A stretch of DNA of 56,666 nucleotides, filler included, from Jimgerdemannia flammicorona (lineage: Eukaryota): assembly GCA_003990765.1 (NCBI GenBank). It is 3 parts of 3 records of this genome, joined end to end, with 100 filler letters (N's around TTAATTAATTAA, not from the genome) between each part and the next. Parts side by side here need not be neighbours in the genome. Positions count along the whole stretch, not along the records: positions 1 to 18,824 come from RBNJ01002101.1; 2 more parts are not named here. One strand, 5' to 3'. The position numbers and the translations under genes were made by a program. This document shows positions 1 through 12,200 of the stretch, in pieces (position 1 is the stretch's first letter; every line of letters starts with the position of its first letter). The notes beneath the pieces were generated by a model. The model was not told the origin of the DNA and made no database searches. It saw only the letters and a program-made list of their open reading frames with translations.

Positions 1-1436
1 TAGACTAACTCAAGTTTGTTATAAGCAAGTTCTTATTGGAGTGCCTTCCCAAGGTCTTATAGTCCTCAAACTTCTTATCTTTAACTGTCTTGTTATCTCT
101 TAGATTGCTTGCAAGGAAGTGTGTATAAGTGAAACTGGAACTTGACTGACTTTATTTCAGAGGAAATAAGAGAGGTATTTATACAAAATATAATTCAATG
201 ATTGCTAAGATATAAAGCTAAATATAAATTCCAATAACTAAAACTACTAAGTTCCAGGGCTGGCATTATTTAGTATTACATCAAAATGCTGGTGCTGGAA
301 TAATTTCACGTCACCTCAGAATACTAGTGCTGGTATTATCCAGTATAACAAAGAACTTAGAGCAGAAAGTTCAGGACTATGGGAGCTTTATCATCATCAT
401 CACTGAAGGAGATGAGGTCTGTGAATTCATCATGTAGGCCGCATGTCTCATGTACTTCATTGTCATGCATTTCATGTACTTTGCATGGTATGTCACGCAG
501 GATGACGTCATCAATGACGTCATCACGTTCAGCTGTGGTGGGAAAATCGGGAACAAGGTCTGAAGCTCTTCAGTCTATGAGATTCTCTTCCACAAAATAA
601 GAAACAAATGTGGGATCTTGAGGAGATCTGACCTGGATGCTTGGGCCTTGGAATACTGAGATCAATCCTTGCAGGAATTGGTCTGGGTTGTCCTGAAGGA
701 TAGGGTGCCAGAAGTCTTCTACTTCTTCGCTGTTGAGGGTGATGGTGGACTGGGCTTCTGTAGCTACCCTGGCTTCTAGTGCATTGATATGGCGGGATGA
801 CAGGTCTCTGAAGTCTGAGACTCTAACATACTCCAAGTTGGAGATTGACCATGGTGTATGCCTGAAGATCTGATGGATCTTCTTTGCTGTCCTTGCCTCA
901 CATAGGTCCATGGAAGTGGCATCTTGTAGCTCTTGAGGGCTTGCCTGTGGGAACTCCTGGCAGAGGAGGTTTCCTATTTCGTATTCCTGCCACATTTGGA
1001 GGCATTCGGTGGCAATAGTGATCCTTGTTTCTATTTCGCAGTAGTAGAGAATGAAGTGATAGGGGTCTGCAGTACCCAGGTTGATACTAGGAGTCCTTTT
1101 TGAGCGGGTCCTCATGGCTCTTCTGATATCTTGGAACATCCTTTTCTCAACTGAGATACCTTGATAATTCCTTGATCTTGAGGTTTGGCAGGCAGCAGAC
1201 ATTTTGTTTGTAGTAAGTCTTTGAGCTATTTTGGTGGTTCTTATTGGTTGCTACTACTGTGGTTCCTTGCCTTCTTTTATATTCTTCAAGATGCTTGTGC
1301 TGTGGTCACAATGACTCACAGTTGGTCATCATTGCTCATCTCGTATGCTGTATGATTTTCTTGTACTTTGATCTGGTGGCTTATAAAGAAAGGCTGTCTC
1401 CTGTGCTGATGTCATCATTCTGGGGTCACTGTTATA
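1..1436 (-). mobile_element. Long LTR of an LTR retrotransposon (left end outside window), inserted near the 3' end of a non-autonomous retroposon; carries an ORF in U3
   Basis: On the minus strand it begins TATAAC at 1436 (probably TGTAAC with G>A), exactly where the retroposon starting at 1437 is cut. A TATA motif GTATAAATACCTCTC lies at 184-170. Layout and ORF match the LTR at 41313-48947. Confidence 0.55.
570..1202 (-). CDS. Hypothetical 210-aa LTR-borne accessory protein
   Basis: Open ORF with ACAAAATG start context and a TATAAAA about 75 nt upstream. The segment YEIGNLL...KKIHQIFRHTPWSISNL...LSSRHINAL aligns by eye to a degenerate frame at ~41750-41980 (YY*ISHLL...KY*ELFYKYSTFILYL...LS*RQIDNI). 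Confidence 0.6.
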   Translation of the reverse strand: MSAACQTSRSRNYQGISVEKRMFQDIRRAMRTRSKRTPSINLGTADPYHFILYYCEIETRITIATECLQMWQEYEIGNLLCQEFPQASPQELQDATSMDLCEARTAKKIHQIFRHTPWSISNLEYVRVSDFRDLSSRHINALEARVATEAQSTITLNSEEVEDFWHPILQDNPDQFLQGLISVFQGPSIQVRSPQDPTFVSYFVEENLID

Positions 1437-2800
1437 CTATATAGATCAAAACCCTCTCTCACTCTAATCTTAAGTACTATATCTTTATGAATCTAGACTA
1501 GCTATTATCTAGTAGCTTAACTATATCAGATACAGTATAGTAGAGTTATCTATATCTCATTCTGTTATTATACTCTTCCTACCATTAGAGAGAAAGTAAC
1601 CATATATTCATAATTGAAAGTATATATCTGAAATTCATATATATATATAAGACTATACTTAAGCTAATTTTTATAGTCTCTATTATCTCAAATAATAGAT
1701 AAAGAAAAATCCTCTAAAAAATACAGAACAGTAGGTAGTATCTAGTTCTTTCTAATGAGATAAGTAGATGACTTCTATATAAAGTAAAAGAAGATCTCTA
1801 ATATCTCACTACTTAAGTTTATAAGTTGATCATATTATCATATCAGCTCTTAGTTATATTTTCAAATAAATCAAATTAAATTGGAGATTTTTCAATTTAA
1901 ATAAAGTTCAAATTAAATCAAATTTGAATCAAATTGAGGGTCTAATTCAAACTCTATTTTTCAAAATATAATAACTTAATAAAAATATGTTCAAATTGAA
2001 TCTTAAATCAAATTAGACCTTTGATTTGATTGAATTAAATTAAATTTGGATTAAATTTGATTCAATTCAATTTATCAAAAGTACTAGCTCTTAGTTCCAG
2101 TTGAGTATAACCAAGATATCTGATCTGAATAGTCTTGAGCTCTCTAATAATTCCCAACAACTGAAGTCTAATCTTATATATCACTGAGAGCTATTGAGAG
2201 TAATATCTACTATATAACTACTCTATATCAATCAGAAGACTCTACTGATATAGTACTAGTATTAGTTCTGATAACTATCATCAGCCTGATACTCTACTAA
2301 TTCACTATAATTACTCTTTCTCTTATCTATAATAGTTATCTCTTCTCTCATCCTAATTCTATCTGAAAAAACAGTTACTTATACTAGAACTATACTTACT
2401 AAGAAGCTCATCAAAGCTCAGAAAGCTCTACTACAGGTACCAGAGACCTGCAGATAACCTATACTGATACTTAACAATTAAGGTTGGCTGACTCTCTATA
2501 GTTTATAATATACTGAGATGATATCTTATTAATAATAGTAAAAGAAAGAAGGCACTACACTAAAACAGATATACTTCAAATATAGCCAGAAGTATCAGAA
2601 ATTATAAAAAAGTAGAGAAAGCACTAATCTGATACTAATAAAGAAACAACTCATTACTATTACCTCTTTCTTATAGCTCTACAATAGATATAGCAAACCA
2701 ATCTAAGGTTGAGAGAAAAATGTTATAGAAAAGAGACTTAAAAGATTACTTATCAAAATCTTGTAACTGATATATATATATAGTAGTAGAGAAAGAAGCT
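1437..2800 (-). mobile_element. Non-autonomous ~1.15-kb retroposon, copy S1 (heavily mutated; interrupted by MITE; 3' end cut by LTR)
   Basis: Colinear with 50365-51522, e.g. atatagatcaaaaccctc vs atataggccaaaactctc and gaaagaagct vs gaaaggagct; differences are mostly C>T/G>A. Confidence 0.85.
1854..2086. mobile_element. hAT-family MITE (~233 bp) with 8-bp TSD
   Basis: GCTCTTAG is duplicated at 1846-1853 and 2087-2094, and the insert is absent from copy S4 (tatcagctcctagttccag). The right end reverse-complemented (TAGTACTTTTGATAAATTGAATTGAATCAAAT) resembles the hAT end at 41143 (TAGTGCTCCAAATAAGTCAATTCGAATCAAAT). Confidence 0.8.
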
Positions 2801-3860
2801 CTGATATTGATTTATTAGTTCTTCTTATATCTAATATCTAATACTATCTTACCTCTACAGATTTCTTTCTATTAATATATAGAAGAAACTAACTCACTCT
2901 ATTGTCAGTAGAATATACTTTATTCTCTCTCTCAGTCCAATCTCATCATGAGTTCAAAATTATTAGTTCTATCATTCTTAACTCTATCTTATTATATTTG
3001 CTTATTGAGAAATCTATCTTTTATATAAGATCTGAATCTCTCACTCTTCTTATATATTCTTAATATATAGAATTAGTCACTAATTAGTACATATCACTTA
3101 TATAATAGTAGTTTGTAGGTTACTCTATTATACAATATTGTTGGAATATAAATAATTACTTATATAGGTTCTATAAAGAGTATAGCTTTGAGTGAGTTGA
3201 GGAGTTTTTAGAGGAGAAATAGTTTATTAATATATTCATCTAGCAGAGTGATAGTACTTTGTAAGTAATAACTATTGGAGTGTTGTTTTGTATAATATCT
3301 CTTAGTATTAATATACTATATTATCTTACTCAATTATAGTAATTACTAAATTCAAATAAAGAATAGTTTATAAGATTAAAGTTAATATTATAATTAAATA
3401 ATATGCTATTTTAAATTTAGATCTCTCTCTCTTACTGATGTTTAATTGGTAATTTAATAAATAGAAATTGATATTACTCTTTAGAGAATATTTTCAAAGA
3501 ATATTAGTTTTTAATATATTCTTTATTACAATCTTCTTGGGCTCTAATTCTCAGTTTATATATTATATAAGTAGTAATAGTTTAAGTCTTTTTTCATTCT
3601 ATACTCTCTGTAGTAACAATTTATACTATTATATTAACTATCTACTCTTAATTAAGCTAAAGTCCAAAAAGATAATTTTGCTGAATTTATTTAATCCTAT
3701 TACTACTAGTACTAGTATAGTATCCTTCTATCAACAAGACTCCACTACAGATGAAACCACTTTGTTGACACCTCTGCTTACTGTTTATTTGATTTAGATT
3801 CAATAACTATTTCATTAATTTTAAAATTATAAAGATTGAAACAGAAGACTTAGTGGCTAT

Positions 3861-5003
3861 ATATATATTCCTTTCTCCACTACTATCTAGTTATAAGATA
3901 TGAGCAACTGTCTGAGTCTCTTTTTCCCTAACTTTATACTCTCTACTCTAGTATGGTTTACTATATTTATAAGAATATAGTGAGAGAAAGATAATGGTGA
4001 TAAGTTACCTCTTTATTAATATCAGATTAGTACTTTTCTACTTTTTTATAGTTTCTGATACCTCTGGCTATATCTAGAATATATCTGTTTTAGTATAGTG
4101 TCTTTTTTTTTTTTATTATCATCAATAAGATATCATCTTAATATATTATAAGCTATATAGATAATTAGCTGATCTTGAGTATCAAGTACTAGTATAGATT
4201 ACCTACAGGTCTTTGATATCTGTAGTGGGGCTCTCTAAGCTTTGGTGAGCTTTCTGGTAAGTACAGTTCTGATATAAGTAACTGTTTTTCAGAAGGAGTC
4301 AGGATGAGAGAGGAGATAGCCATTATAGATAAGAGAAAGGGCAATTATGGTGAACTAATAGAGTATCAGACTGATAATAGTTATTGGGACTAGTACAGAT
4401 GCTGCATCAGTAGGGTCTTCTAATTAGAGCTGGGTAGTTAGATGATAGATATTACTCTTGGTGACTCTCAGTAATATATAAGGTTAGGCTCTAGTTGTTA
4501 GAAATTATTAGGGGGCTCAAGACTATCTAGATTAGATATCTTAACTATTTAACTAAAACTAAAAGCTGATGTAATAACATGATTGAGGCTCACAGACTTC
4601 TCTCATCTTATGTATAAGTTTTCTACTTATCTTATTAGAAAGAACTAGCTCTATCTATCACTTAATGTCTTTTAGAGAGTTTTTCTTTATCTGTCACTCT
4701 ATTTGGAGGAGCAGAGGCTATGCAAATCAGCTCAGGTGTGGCCTTATACATATGTTGGAGTTTTGAGTATATACCTTCAGTCATAGACATATAGTTGCTT
4801 TCCTTCTAATAATAGAAAGAGTATAATATACAGAATGAGATATAGGCTACTATAAGCTCTGCTATATCTAACATGATCAAGCTGCTGGATAATAGCTAGT
4901 CTAGGTTTATGGGGGTATAGTGCTCAGGGTGGGGGTGGGGGAGGGTTTTAGTCTATATCATCTAGATTTTATTTTACAGAACTTGAGTTTGTTAAAAAAA
5001 AGA
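3861..5003 (+). mobile_element. Non-autonomous ~1.15-kb retroposon, copy S2
   Basis: Reverse-complement homologue of S1/S4 with an A-rich tail at ~4994-5003. Imperfect 16-bp TSD: AAGACTTAGTGGCTAT (3845-3860) and AAGACTTGGTGGCCAT (5004-5019). Confidence 0.85.
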
Positions 5004-5170
5004 AAGACTTGGTGGCCATTGCAGATGTCAATGAGTCCTGATGTAGATGGTTTGGATATCCTCAATGCTGATATAGTATGAGATATTATAGATGTGGATT
5101 TCAGATGCTGCAGATGCCTGCCAGACAAGATGTCCAAAAAAAAAAAAAAAATTCGTAATGACCAGAAATG

Positions 5171-5670
5171 AACCCACAATTTTTTGAATTCATTACTAAC
5201 AATTCTATAAAAACAATGGCTTGCTTAATTTATATAACAGGATAAGGACAGTGGTTTTTTCTTTTTCAATATTGGATCAGTTTTATAGTTGTTCCATAGA
5301 GAATTGAAGCCAGTCTGGCCATTCGAGTCCTGGTCCTGGCTAGTCCGCGTCCAGGTGGTCCGATATATCCAGGAAATTTTTGCAGATGTGGGTAGCGATA
5401 ACCCACAATTTTTTGAATTCATTACTAACAATTCTATATAACAATAGTTCATCTAATTCATATGTACAGTTTTCGCAAGGACAGTGGCTTTTTCTTTTTC
5501 AATGTTGGATTAGTTTTGCAGTTGTTCTGTAGGGTCCTGGCCAGTCTGGGCTGGTAACCTACAATTTTTTAAATTCATTACTATCAACTTTATATAACAA
5601 TGATTCATCTAATTTCATACAACAGAGGCAATAATTGCGATTTTTCTTTTTCATCATTGGATCAGTTTTG
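5171..5670. repeat. Three diverged direct repeats (starts ~5171, ~5400, ~5556)
   Basis: Recurrent AACC(C/T)ACAATTTTTT(G/A)AATTCATTACTA...TTTTCTTTTTCA..TTGGAT(C/T)AGTTTT. Confidence 0.85.
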
Positions 5671-6865
5671 GGAATTGAAGCTTAAGATTGGCTGGTTGGG
5701 GAAGAATTAATGTCCAGTGTCATGCAATATTCGCTGAATTATTTTTCGTAGTTTTTTGTCTACTGTTTTCAGTCCACAACCTGCACCCTGGAACCAGCGA
5801 CATTCTCCAATATCAACTCGCTAGTTCCCCTTGCATCCGACATCCAACTCCACCTTATTGCTACAGGTTCCTTGCTGCCAGCACACAGGTGGAGCTGGCT
5901 CACTCCGTCGTCAGCGGAACGTGCTCCTCCAGCTCAATCCGATCACGGACCCAGAATTACCGGTTCCATCATCCTCGACCCAATCTCTTGCCGCACCTGC
6001 TCACCGAGTGGAATCTACCCCTGCGTGGGACCCGGACCTCCGCTCTTCTTGTGCGCCCTCCGCATTCATCCGTGTCACCTGAGATGTAGGCTAGGTGACT
6101 GATTGATGTCACTCGCGCAATGACAGTTTGGGGGGTGCCCTATGGTGCTGGATTGCTGGGATGAAAGTCATCGCTTGACAAGGAATGTGGCTTCGAAAGG
6201 GTTGGGGAGTTTCTGGAGGAGTAAGGTACTTCGTAAGCAATAACTATCAAGATGATAATGTAGTTTAGTATAATATCTCGCGCAACATCATTGAATTCAA
6301 GTGACGAATGGTTCACAAGTTTGAAGCCAACGATGCTCAACATATGTGCTTTTTTTAAATTTGCTCTCCCCCAATGTGAATATACGATTTGATTGGCAAT
6401 TCAATATTTCGCAGTTGAAATTACTCTTCAGTTTTATAATGTTCCTTGCCATGGAGTTTGCTGTGATCTTGTCTTCGACACGTTTTTATTCTTGGCGTCT
6501 TCCTTGGGCCCTGGCTGTCAGCTCACGCACTGACGGTCCCTGTTCCGCGCCCTCTGCAGCGATAATTTATTCCACATCTGCTTCTTAGTCGAGCTTAAAT
6601 CTAGAAAAGGTCAGCAACAACGAGGCAAGCAATCTTATTTGCCAAGAGCATGTCAGTGATACCGTCAGTGCAAAAATATGTATTTTCATGGTTCGTGTGG
6701 CTTGAACACAATATGATTGAAACCGAAATTATGGGTTCGACGTGAATTGTCAGAAACCAATGTCAAAATTGCGCTTGGCAGCATTCCGCAAATGCAAATA
6801 TACACATGTTAAAGTTCAACTTATCCCCTTTTTTATTTTGCCTTTCTCTGGTTGACACCATGCCA

Positions 6866-7450
6866 CATTGTCAAAAAGAATACTACTGTAGTAATAGGGG
6901 ACAATAATGAAGTTGTCTGAAATACAATACATTATCTCGAGTTTGTCCATCAATTGGCTAGATTTCATAAATGTGGGATAACCTGTCAAGTCTATGATCT
7001 TCCACTTTGGTTTGCATTATTGTCGCATTGTCAAAAGAGGTCAGGAAAAAACGAAGACCTCCAGAATATGGCTAAAACACATTATCTCGGGTTGGTTCAC
7101 ATGTTGCTATTCAATTGACTAGATTTTATGAATGTCGGATCACCTGTCAAGTTCACGACCTTTGCTCAGATTTACGCCATTGCTGTATTGTCAAAAAGAG
7201 TACTATGGCTAAATACTTTACCTTGGGTTGGTCATATGTTGCTATTCATTCAGCTAGGTTTTGTAAGTGTGGGATCACCTGTCAAGTCCGCGATCTTCTT
7301 CTCAGGTTTACGCCATTCTCGATAGTTTGACGTGATCAGGAAAAAACAAAATCAAGCTAGATATTATCTAAGATACATTATATTTGGTTGGTTTAATGTT
7401 ACTATTCAAATGATGAGATTACGTGAATGTGGGATTACTTATCAAGTCTG
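6866..7450. repeat. Four diverged ~135-160-bp direct repeats
   Basis: Core (A/G)TGT(G/C)GGAT(A/C/T)AC(C/T)T(G/A)TCAAGT at ~6971, 7131, 7266 and 7426. Confidence 0.85.
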
Positions 7451-7887
7451 AATTTTTGTGTGCACCATTTCTTTCAGGCAGAGTATAGGAATTTAATCCG
7501 AAGTCTATGATTCAACGGGGCACCACGAATTTTGGGCAAATATATTGGCACTCCATGTCACGTCCTTCAGAAGGGGAAAATTAATTTGGGTTTGATTTGC
7601 ACCTAGGAGATCTGGTATGAACATAGTTCTGAGGAAGCGCGTTCTGTATTCCGGCTTGCCGCGGCCACTGAATAGTTTGGATTATTGAAATCCTTTCACA
7701 GTTCCTTGTCACGGAGCAGAAATTGATTGCATGCAGAAAGTCGCCGCGATTAGGTAATCACGCGAACTATGATTACATAAAGCGCAATATTTTTGGAGAG
7801 GATATTGGTGTCCGTGATTAGGTTGAATGTCGGAAAATCGTTTCGTTACAGTTTTGTAAACGGGAGTAATGACATTAAATAAAGCAG

Positions 7888-8260
7888 CTAGCTAAACAAA
7901 TCTAGAGATTCGGCTACTCTGATCCAAACACCTTCCGACGTATTGCCAGCGCCCATTCGCAGCAGCTTTCCTAAGTCGCACCTGCCTTGACATTTGTAAA
8001 GCTCAACCAGATTGATCAGATGTTGCAGTGTGTGGTGCTTTGATCCCAAAACTTTCTCTCGAATCGAAAACGATCGTTTGTACAACAGCTTTTCTACATT
8101 TTACTTTCCCTGGTTTGTTCAGTTGAGCAACAATGTACCGAACGTGTTGAATATGTACTTCGTTTACCTTTCGAAATTGTGAAATATGATATTCTACAGT
8201 GACTATTTCCTTGTCCAGCGCGGCAACAATTGTTTCTAAACATCGAAGATGGTCCCCGCT
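7888..8260 (-). pseudogene. Degenerate kinesin-light-chain-type TPR fragment (as in fungal NB-ARC/NACHT-TPR proteins)
   Basis: LYKRSFSIREKVLGSKHHTLQHLINLVELYKCQG resembles the TPR consensus LYQRALAIREKVLGPEHPDTAxSLNNLAxLYxxQG; frameshifted. Confidence 0.6.
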
Positions 8261-9860
8261 ATAAACCGCACCAGTCTTAACCACTGCAAATGCTCGCTGC
8301 TCTTTGCTGCACAAACGATGAAGCGTTCAAGCCAGCCTGGGCACGCACTGTTCTCCACCGCCTCCTCGGCCTCCTCGTTCTCCTTGGCCCACTCATCCTC
8401 TTCAGCCTCTTTATCCTTTTCGGCCTCCCTTTGGCATCGGCATCTTTTCGCAGCAGCAGCAGCCCGGCAAGTATTGTTATAATTTCTCTTTTTTAAAGAG
8501 ATATTCGGTAATGAAGGGTTGAGATATTCATAGCGCGACCACGAATGGCAGATGGGTCGGAGGAGCGGGGGCACGGCCGCGAGAACGTGGACGGGGGCAG
8601 GTGCAGGGCAGGGAAATCGAGGACGGGAGCAGGGGCGGGGCAGGGGCGGGGACAGGGACGGAAGGAGGAGGGGGCGGGGAGCTACCTTCGCCTATTCGTA
8701 TGTCCGCGACGCCACGACTATCGGAGGGGCCCCCTGTGAAAATGGGCAAGAATAAAGGTATCAGCGAAGATGTCGCAGCAAAATCGAATGAAACAAAGGG
8801 TCGTGGTGAATGGAAGTGGAGCAAAAAAGATAAGAAAAAAATATAAAGTGGTTGGAGGAGGTGTAGCGGAGAAGCTGCTGGCTGGTAAACAGACAAATTG
8901 CGGGAACGCATACGAGGTCCGAGCGGGGGAAAAAATACTTGCGAAATCCGATACGCGGATTTCCTCTCTGTCGCGGAAGCATTTCAGTATGTTGTCGCTC
9001 ATGTTTGTTGGGGGGTGGGTAGGATTGTGTGTGTTGGAGGTTGTGAAGGGAGAATTGGTTTGTGGGTTGGTTTGTTAGAAAGAAGTCATGCGGAGAAAAG
9101 GTTCTTTATATATGCGTACCTAACACGTTGGCATGTACCCACCGCTGTGCCCATACAGCGATGCGATGCTATATACATGTGATGAAAATGGTGAGGCGTT
9201 TTTGCCTGATGAACTTGTTAACCTAGTAGCTCGGGTTCTGGCAGCCTTGTAACACGCGTTCTAAACAGTCTTCCCACAACCATGACGTCTGCGCAATGAT
9301 TCGGAATTTGCATTTTAATTTCCTTGGATGGATTAACGAAACACCACAGCGCAAGATGGTGTAATACTCTCACGTGGCAAGCTTCAGCGGACAAGGGGGT
9401 GGTGTAATGGACGAAAATGAAAAGGTAATGCCTGACTTGTCATATAGCATGGAACCTCCACAATGGAACACTCCATCTCTATGTTGAAACATTGCCAACT
9501 CTGCGGATACGGATAACAGACGATGTTCATTACTTACTGTCGCGACACATCCCTCCTTTTCATGGCTCAAGGCCCCTGAAATATTTTAAGAATCAACTGA
9601 TTGTAGGTTACAATTCATAAACGGTGAATATGTATGTGTTATAAGAAAGGCGTAATGCATCACAAAATCTTGGTACCATACATTGACATTTATGTACATG
9701 TGTACAAGTACGCCACGCATGTGACGTGTTATATGATGTGTGTCTTGATTAAATCTATGCATTGCCTACCATGCATACTGGCATCTATCTAAAACCGTTA
9801 TCCCCAGACATCCTCACTGGCCCTGCTCACCATTCACACACCCGCCCAAACTATCCGTCA

Positions 9861-10780
9861 TCAACTCAAATGCCCTGCGTACATCCCAGCGCCACAGATG
9901 TAAATAATTGCCTTATGCTCGCTGATGAAATTCCAGACGTGGGATGCATTGGCCATGATGTGGTGCTGAACGTATCGCTTGGGGTCATTGCAATGGCGCG
10001 AAAAGGCGGTGTGAAGTGCGGTCAAGTTTCCATCCTCGACAAAGGCCTCCAGCTCATCGCGATAGATAATGTCCTGGTCAATATGACTGCAGCCGAAGAA
10101 AAGGTAGGCGTTCGAGACTCCGCCTTTTGCAGTGGATTTGAGGCCGAGCGCCTGACGTTGCCGGAGGAAGCCGCGGAAGGGCGATAAGCCCGTGCCGGCG
10201 GCGATCATAATGATGGGCGTGGTTGAGTTGCTGGGCAAGGCGAAGGTGGTCTTGGGTCGCTTCACAGATGCGCGGAATGTGGTACCGGCTGGGCTCTTTC
10301 GAGAAAGCCCGAGGCGAGACCTGGGTATGGTTTGTCGTTGACAATATCGTTGGAAATTGGAAAGGTGCAAGAGTCAGTGGGTGGATAGGACACAGATGTA
10401 AATATCGTTGAGATATTTTTACGCGAACTTCGAATCCCGACTATATTTACCAAGTGGACAGCGTTGGGGTTCTTCACCACCATCACAGCGCACAGGAACT
10501 CCTTCAAGCTAAACTCGTTGACCATTGGGTACGCATTTTGGAAATCCAATAGGGTCCGATGCTTGGCAACGAGTTCGTTGTACTTGGCTTGCCCTTTTTC
10601 TCCAGGTTACGTCAGTGACAAAAGGTGGTCCGCAATATATTTGTGACTCTTCTCGAGCCTCGAGGCGAAACTGTTCAGGACGTACTGTGACGGGGGAAAC
10701 AACAAGTTGTAGAAAGTGAGGGCGTTGCGAACTCGAGGGTATGAGATGAGCGACAGGGAGGGTGACGTCAGAAGTGGGCC
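9861..10780 (-). pseudogene. 5'-truncated NADPH-cytochrome P450 reductase FAD/NADPH module (CPR or CYP505/BM3-like reductase half)
   Basis: Motifs YPGLASGFL, PIIMIAAGTGLSPFRGFL, LFFGC...D.IYRDEL, AFSR...KRYVQH and IYICG. One in-frame stop (~10607) and a frameshift (~10290); no FMN or heme domain upstream. Confidence 0.85.
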
Positions 10781-10934
10781 GTGTGACTGCACATTTTTTT
10801 TTTATTGTGCCGCCACCATCGACCCATCGATATAATTACTTATCTCGTCTTTCTTGCACCGCAACTGACCTTACCTTGTCCTTCGACTACTTTGAGCTGT
10901 TATTTGTCGACACTACCGACTACCCTACTGAACA

Positions 10935-12200
10935 ATGCCTCACAAGGGTCACTCCAAAAACACACGCGCCAAGCACGAGTGGAAACGCCTCCAGAATTCC
11001 CGTCGGTACATCGACCACTCCAAGCCCCACAGCCTTCCCGAGGAGATAGCAAGAATCATGCTCGGCTACGTTACGATCGATAACAACTATTGCCGCGACA
11101 TGAGTAACTTCGCTTTGGTCGAGACCTCGTGGTGCAACCCCGCCATGCAATTCCTCTACACTCACCTCAAATTTGGAAGTTACGAAGGCATGATTAACTA
11201 CCTCCACAAAGTTCGCCGCTCTCCAAAATACGGCAGCACTGCCCGCACCATGAGCCTCTCCGGCCTCTCGGGACCCGCAGACCCCGAAATCCACCTCTGC
11301 CGCCTCGTCGAGTCCTGCCCGAATATCATTTCTTTCAAGGCATTCAAGTGCCCTCCGAGCTGGATCACCGACTCCGTCCTCTTTGCCATGGGCACTGGCT
11401 GGCCAAACCTCGTCGATCTCTCCCTCCACTTGCGCGATCGCTGCTACGGCAAAGCGTTTATAACTGCCGTCAAGGGCTGGCCGGGCTTGACCCGCTTGGA
11501 CCTCACCAACGTTTCGGGGATTGATGAACACCAATACTGTGAAATAATCAAGCTCCTCCCGAACCTCCGTAGCCTGCGCCTGTCCCGCCAGGTCTTCGAG
11601 AAATCATTCCGCGACCGCACGACCGACAGTCTCATGCGCGCGATCAGCAATACGAATCGGCTTCTCAAAGTCATCGAGTTCAACAATTGCACGCGCATCA
11701 CCAACTCGCCCGCGTTCAACTGCTTTAAAATGCTCGCCGACACCCTCGAGTGTCTCATCATCACGGGGTGCAAGCAGATCTCGGGTGCCGTTCTCGCCGA
11801 GATCATCGCCACCTGCGACTCGCTTCGCTTCGTCAACGTCTCCCGCTCCTCCTTCAACGACGAGGCCCTCCGCATCCTCTGCGGCACCCGTGCCTCGGAT
11901 AGCAGCCCCGAGGTTGCCCCGCGCATCTGCCAATGGATCGAGCAGTTCGCTATGTCCGACTGCTCCGGCATATCCTTAGCGCAGTTCCGCCTGTTCGCAG
12001 ACGTGCTCGGGTCCCGCGTGCGCGACAAACACGTCAAGAGCTGTATCGTATACATCCAGAATATGGCGATGAATCTGCACAGGGACCGCATGAAGGAGAT
12101 CGAACACTTTAACCCTGGCCTCAAAATCAAGGCGAGTTGCGAGGGGTTCATCCTCGACGAAATCATCGAGTCGATTGTAGGACCAATGGTCGGGTGTTGA
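10935..12200 (+). CDS. F-box / RNI-like leucine-rich-repeat protein (421 aa)
   Basis: N-terminal F-box-like SLPEEIARIMLGYV...FALVETSWCNPAMQFLY, followed by cysteine-containing LRRs (LVESCPNI, WPNLVDLSL, LPNLRSLRL, LECLIITGCKQIS). Uninterrupted, C-ending codon bias, CpG retained. Confidence 0.85.
   Translation: MPHKGHSKNTRAKHEWKRLQNSRRYIDHSKPHSLPEEIARIMLGYVTIDNNYCRDMSNFALVETSWCNPAMQFLYTHLKFGSYEGMINYLHKVRRSPKYGSTARTMSLSGLSGPADPEIHLCRLVESCPNIISFKAFKCPPSWITDSVLFAMGTGWPNLVDLSLHLRDRCYGKAFITAVKGWPGLTRLDLTNVSGIDEHQYCEIIKLLPNLRSLRLSRQVFEKSFRDRTTDSLMRAISNTNRLLKVIEFNNCTRITNSPAFNCFKMLADTLECLIITGCKQISGAVLAEIIATCDSLRFVNVSRSSFNDEALRILCGTRASDSSPEVAPRICQWIEQFAMSDCSGISLAQFRLFADVLGSRVRDKHVKSCIVYIQNMAMNLHRDRMKEIEHFNPGLKIKASCEGFILDEIIESIVGPMVGC

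Noticed and set aside
3468..3797. 109-aa hydrophobic ORF
   Set aside because: Lies in extremely AT-rich decayed DNA; composition reflects base bias.
1437..5003. ~1.1-kb inverted repeat pair suggesting a giant TIR or foldback element
   Set aside because: The arms are independent copies of a poly(A) retroposon; S2 has its own TSD and other copies occur singly.
5171..7450. Repeat arrays as CRISPR-like loci
   Set aside because: Units are long and diverged, there are no constant-length unique spacers or cas genes, and the context is eukaryotic.
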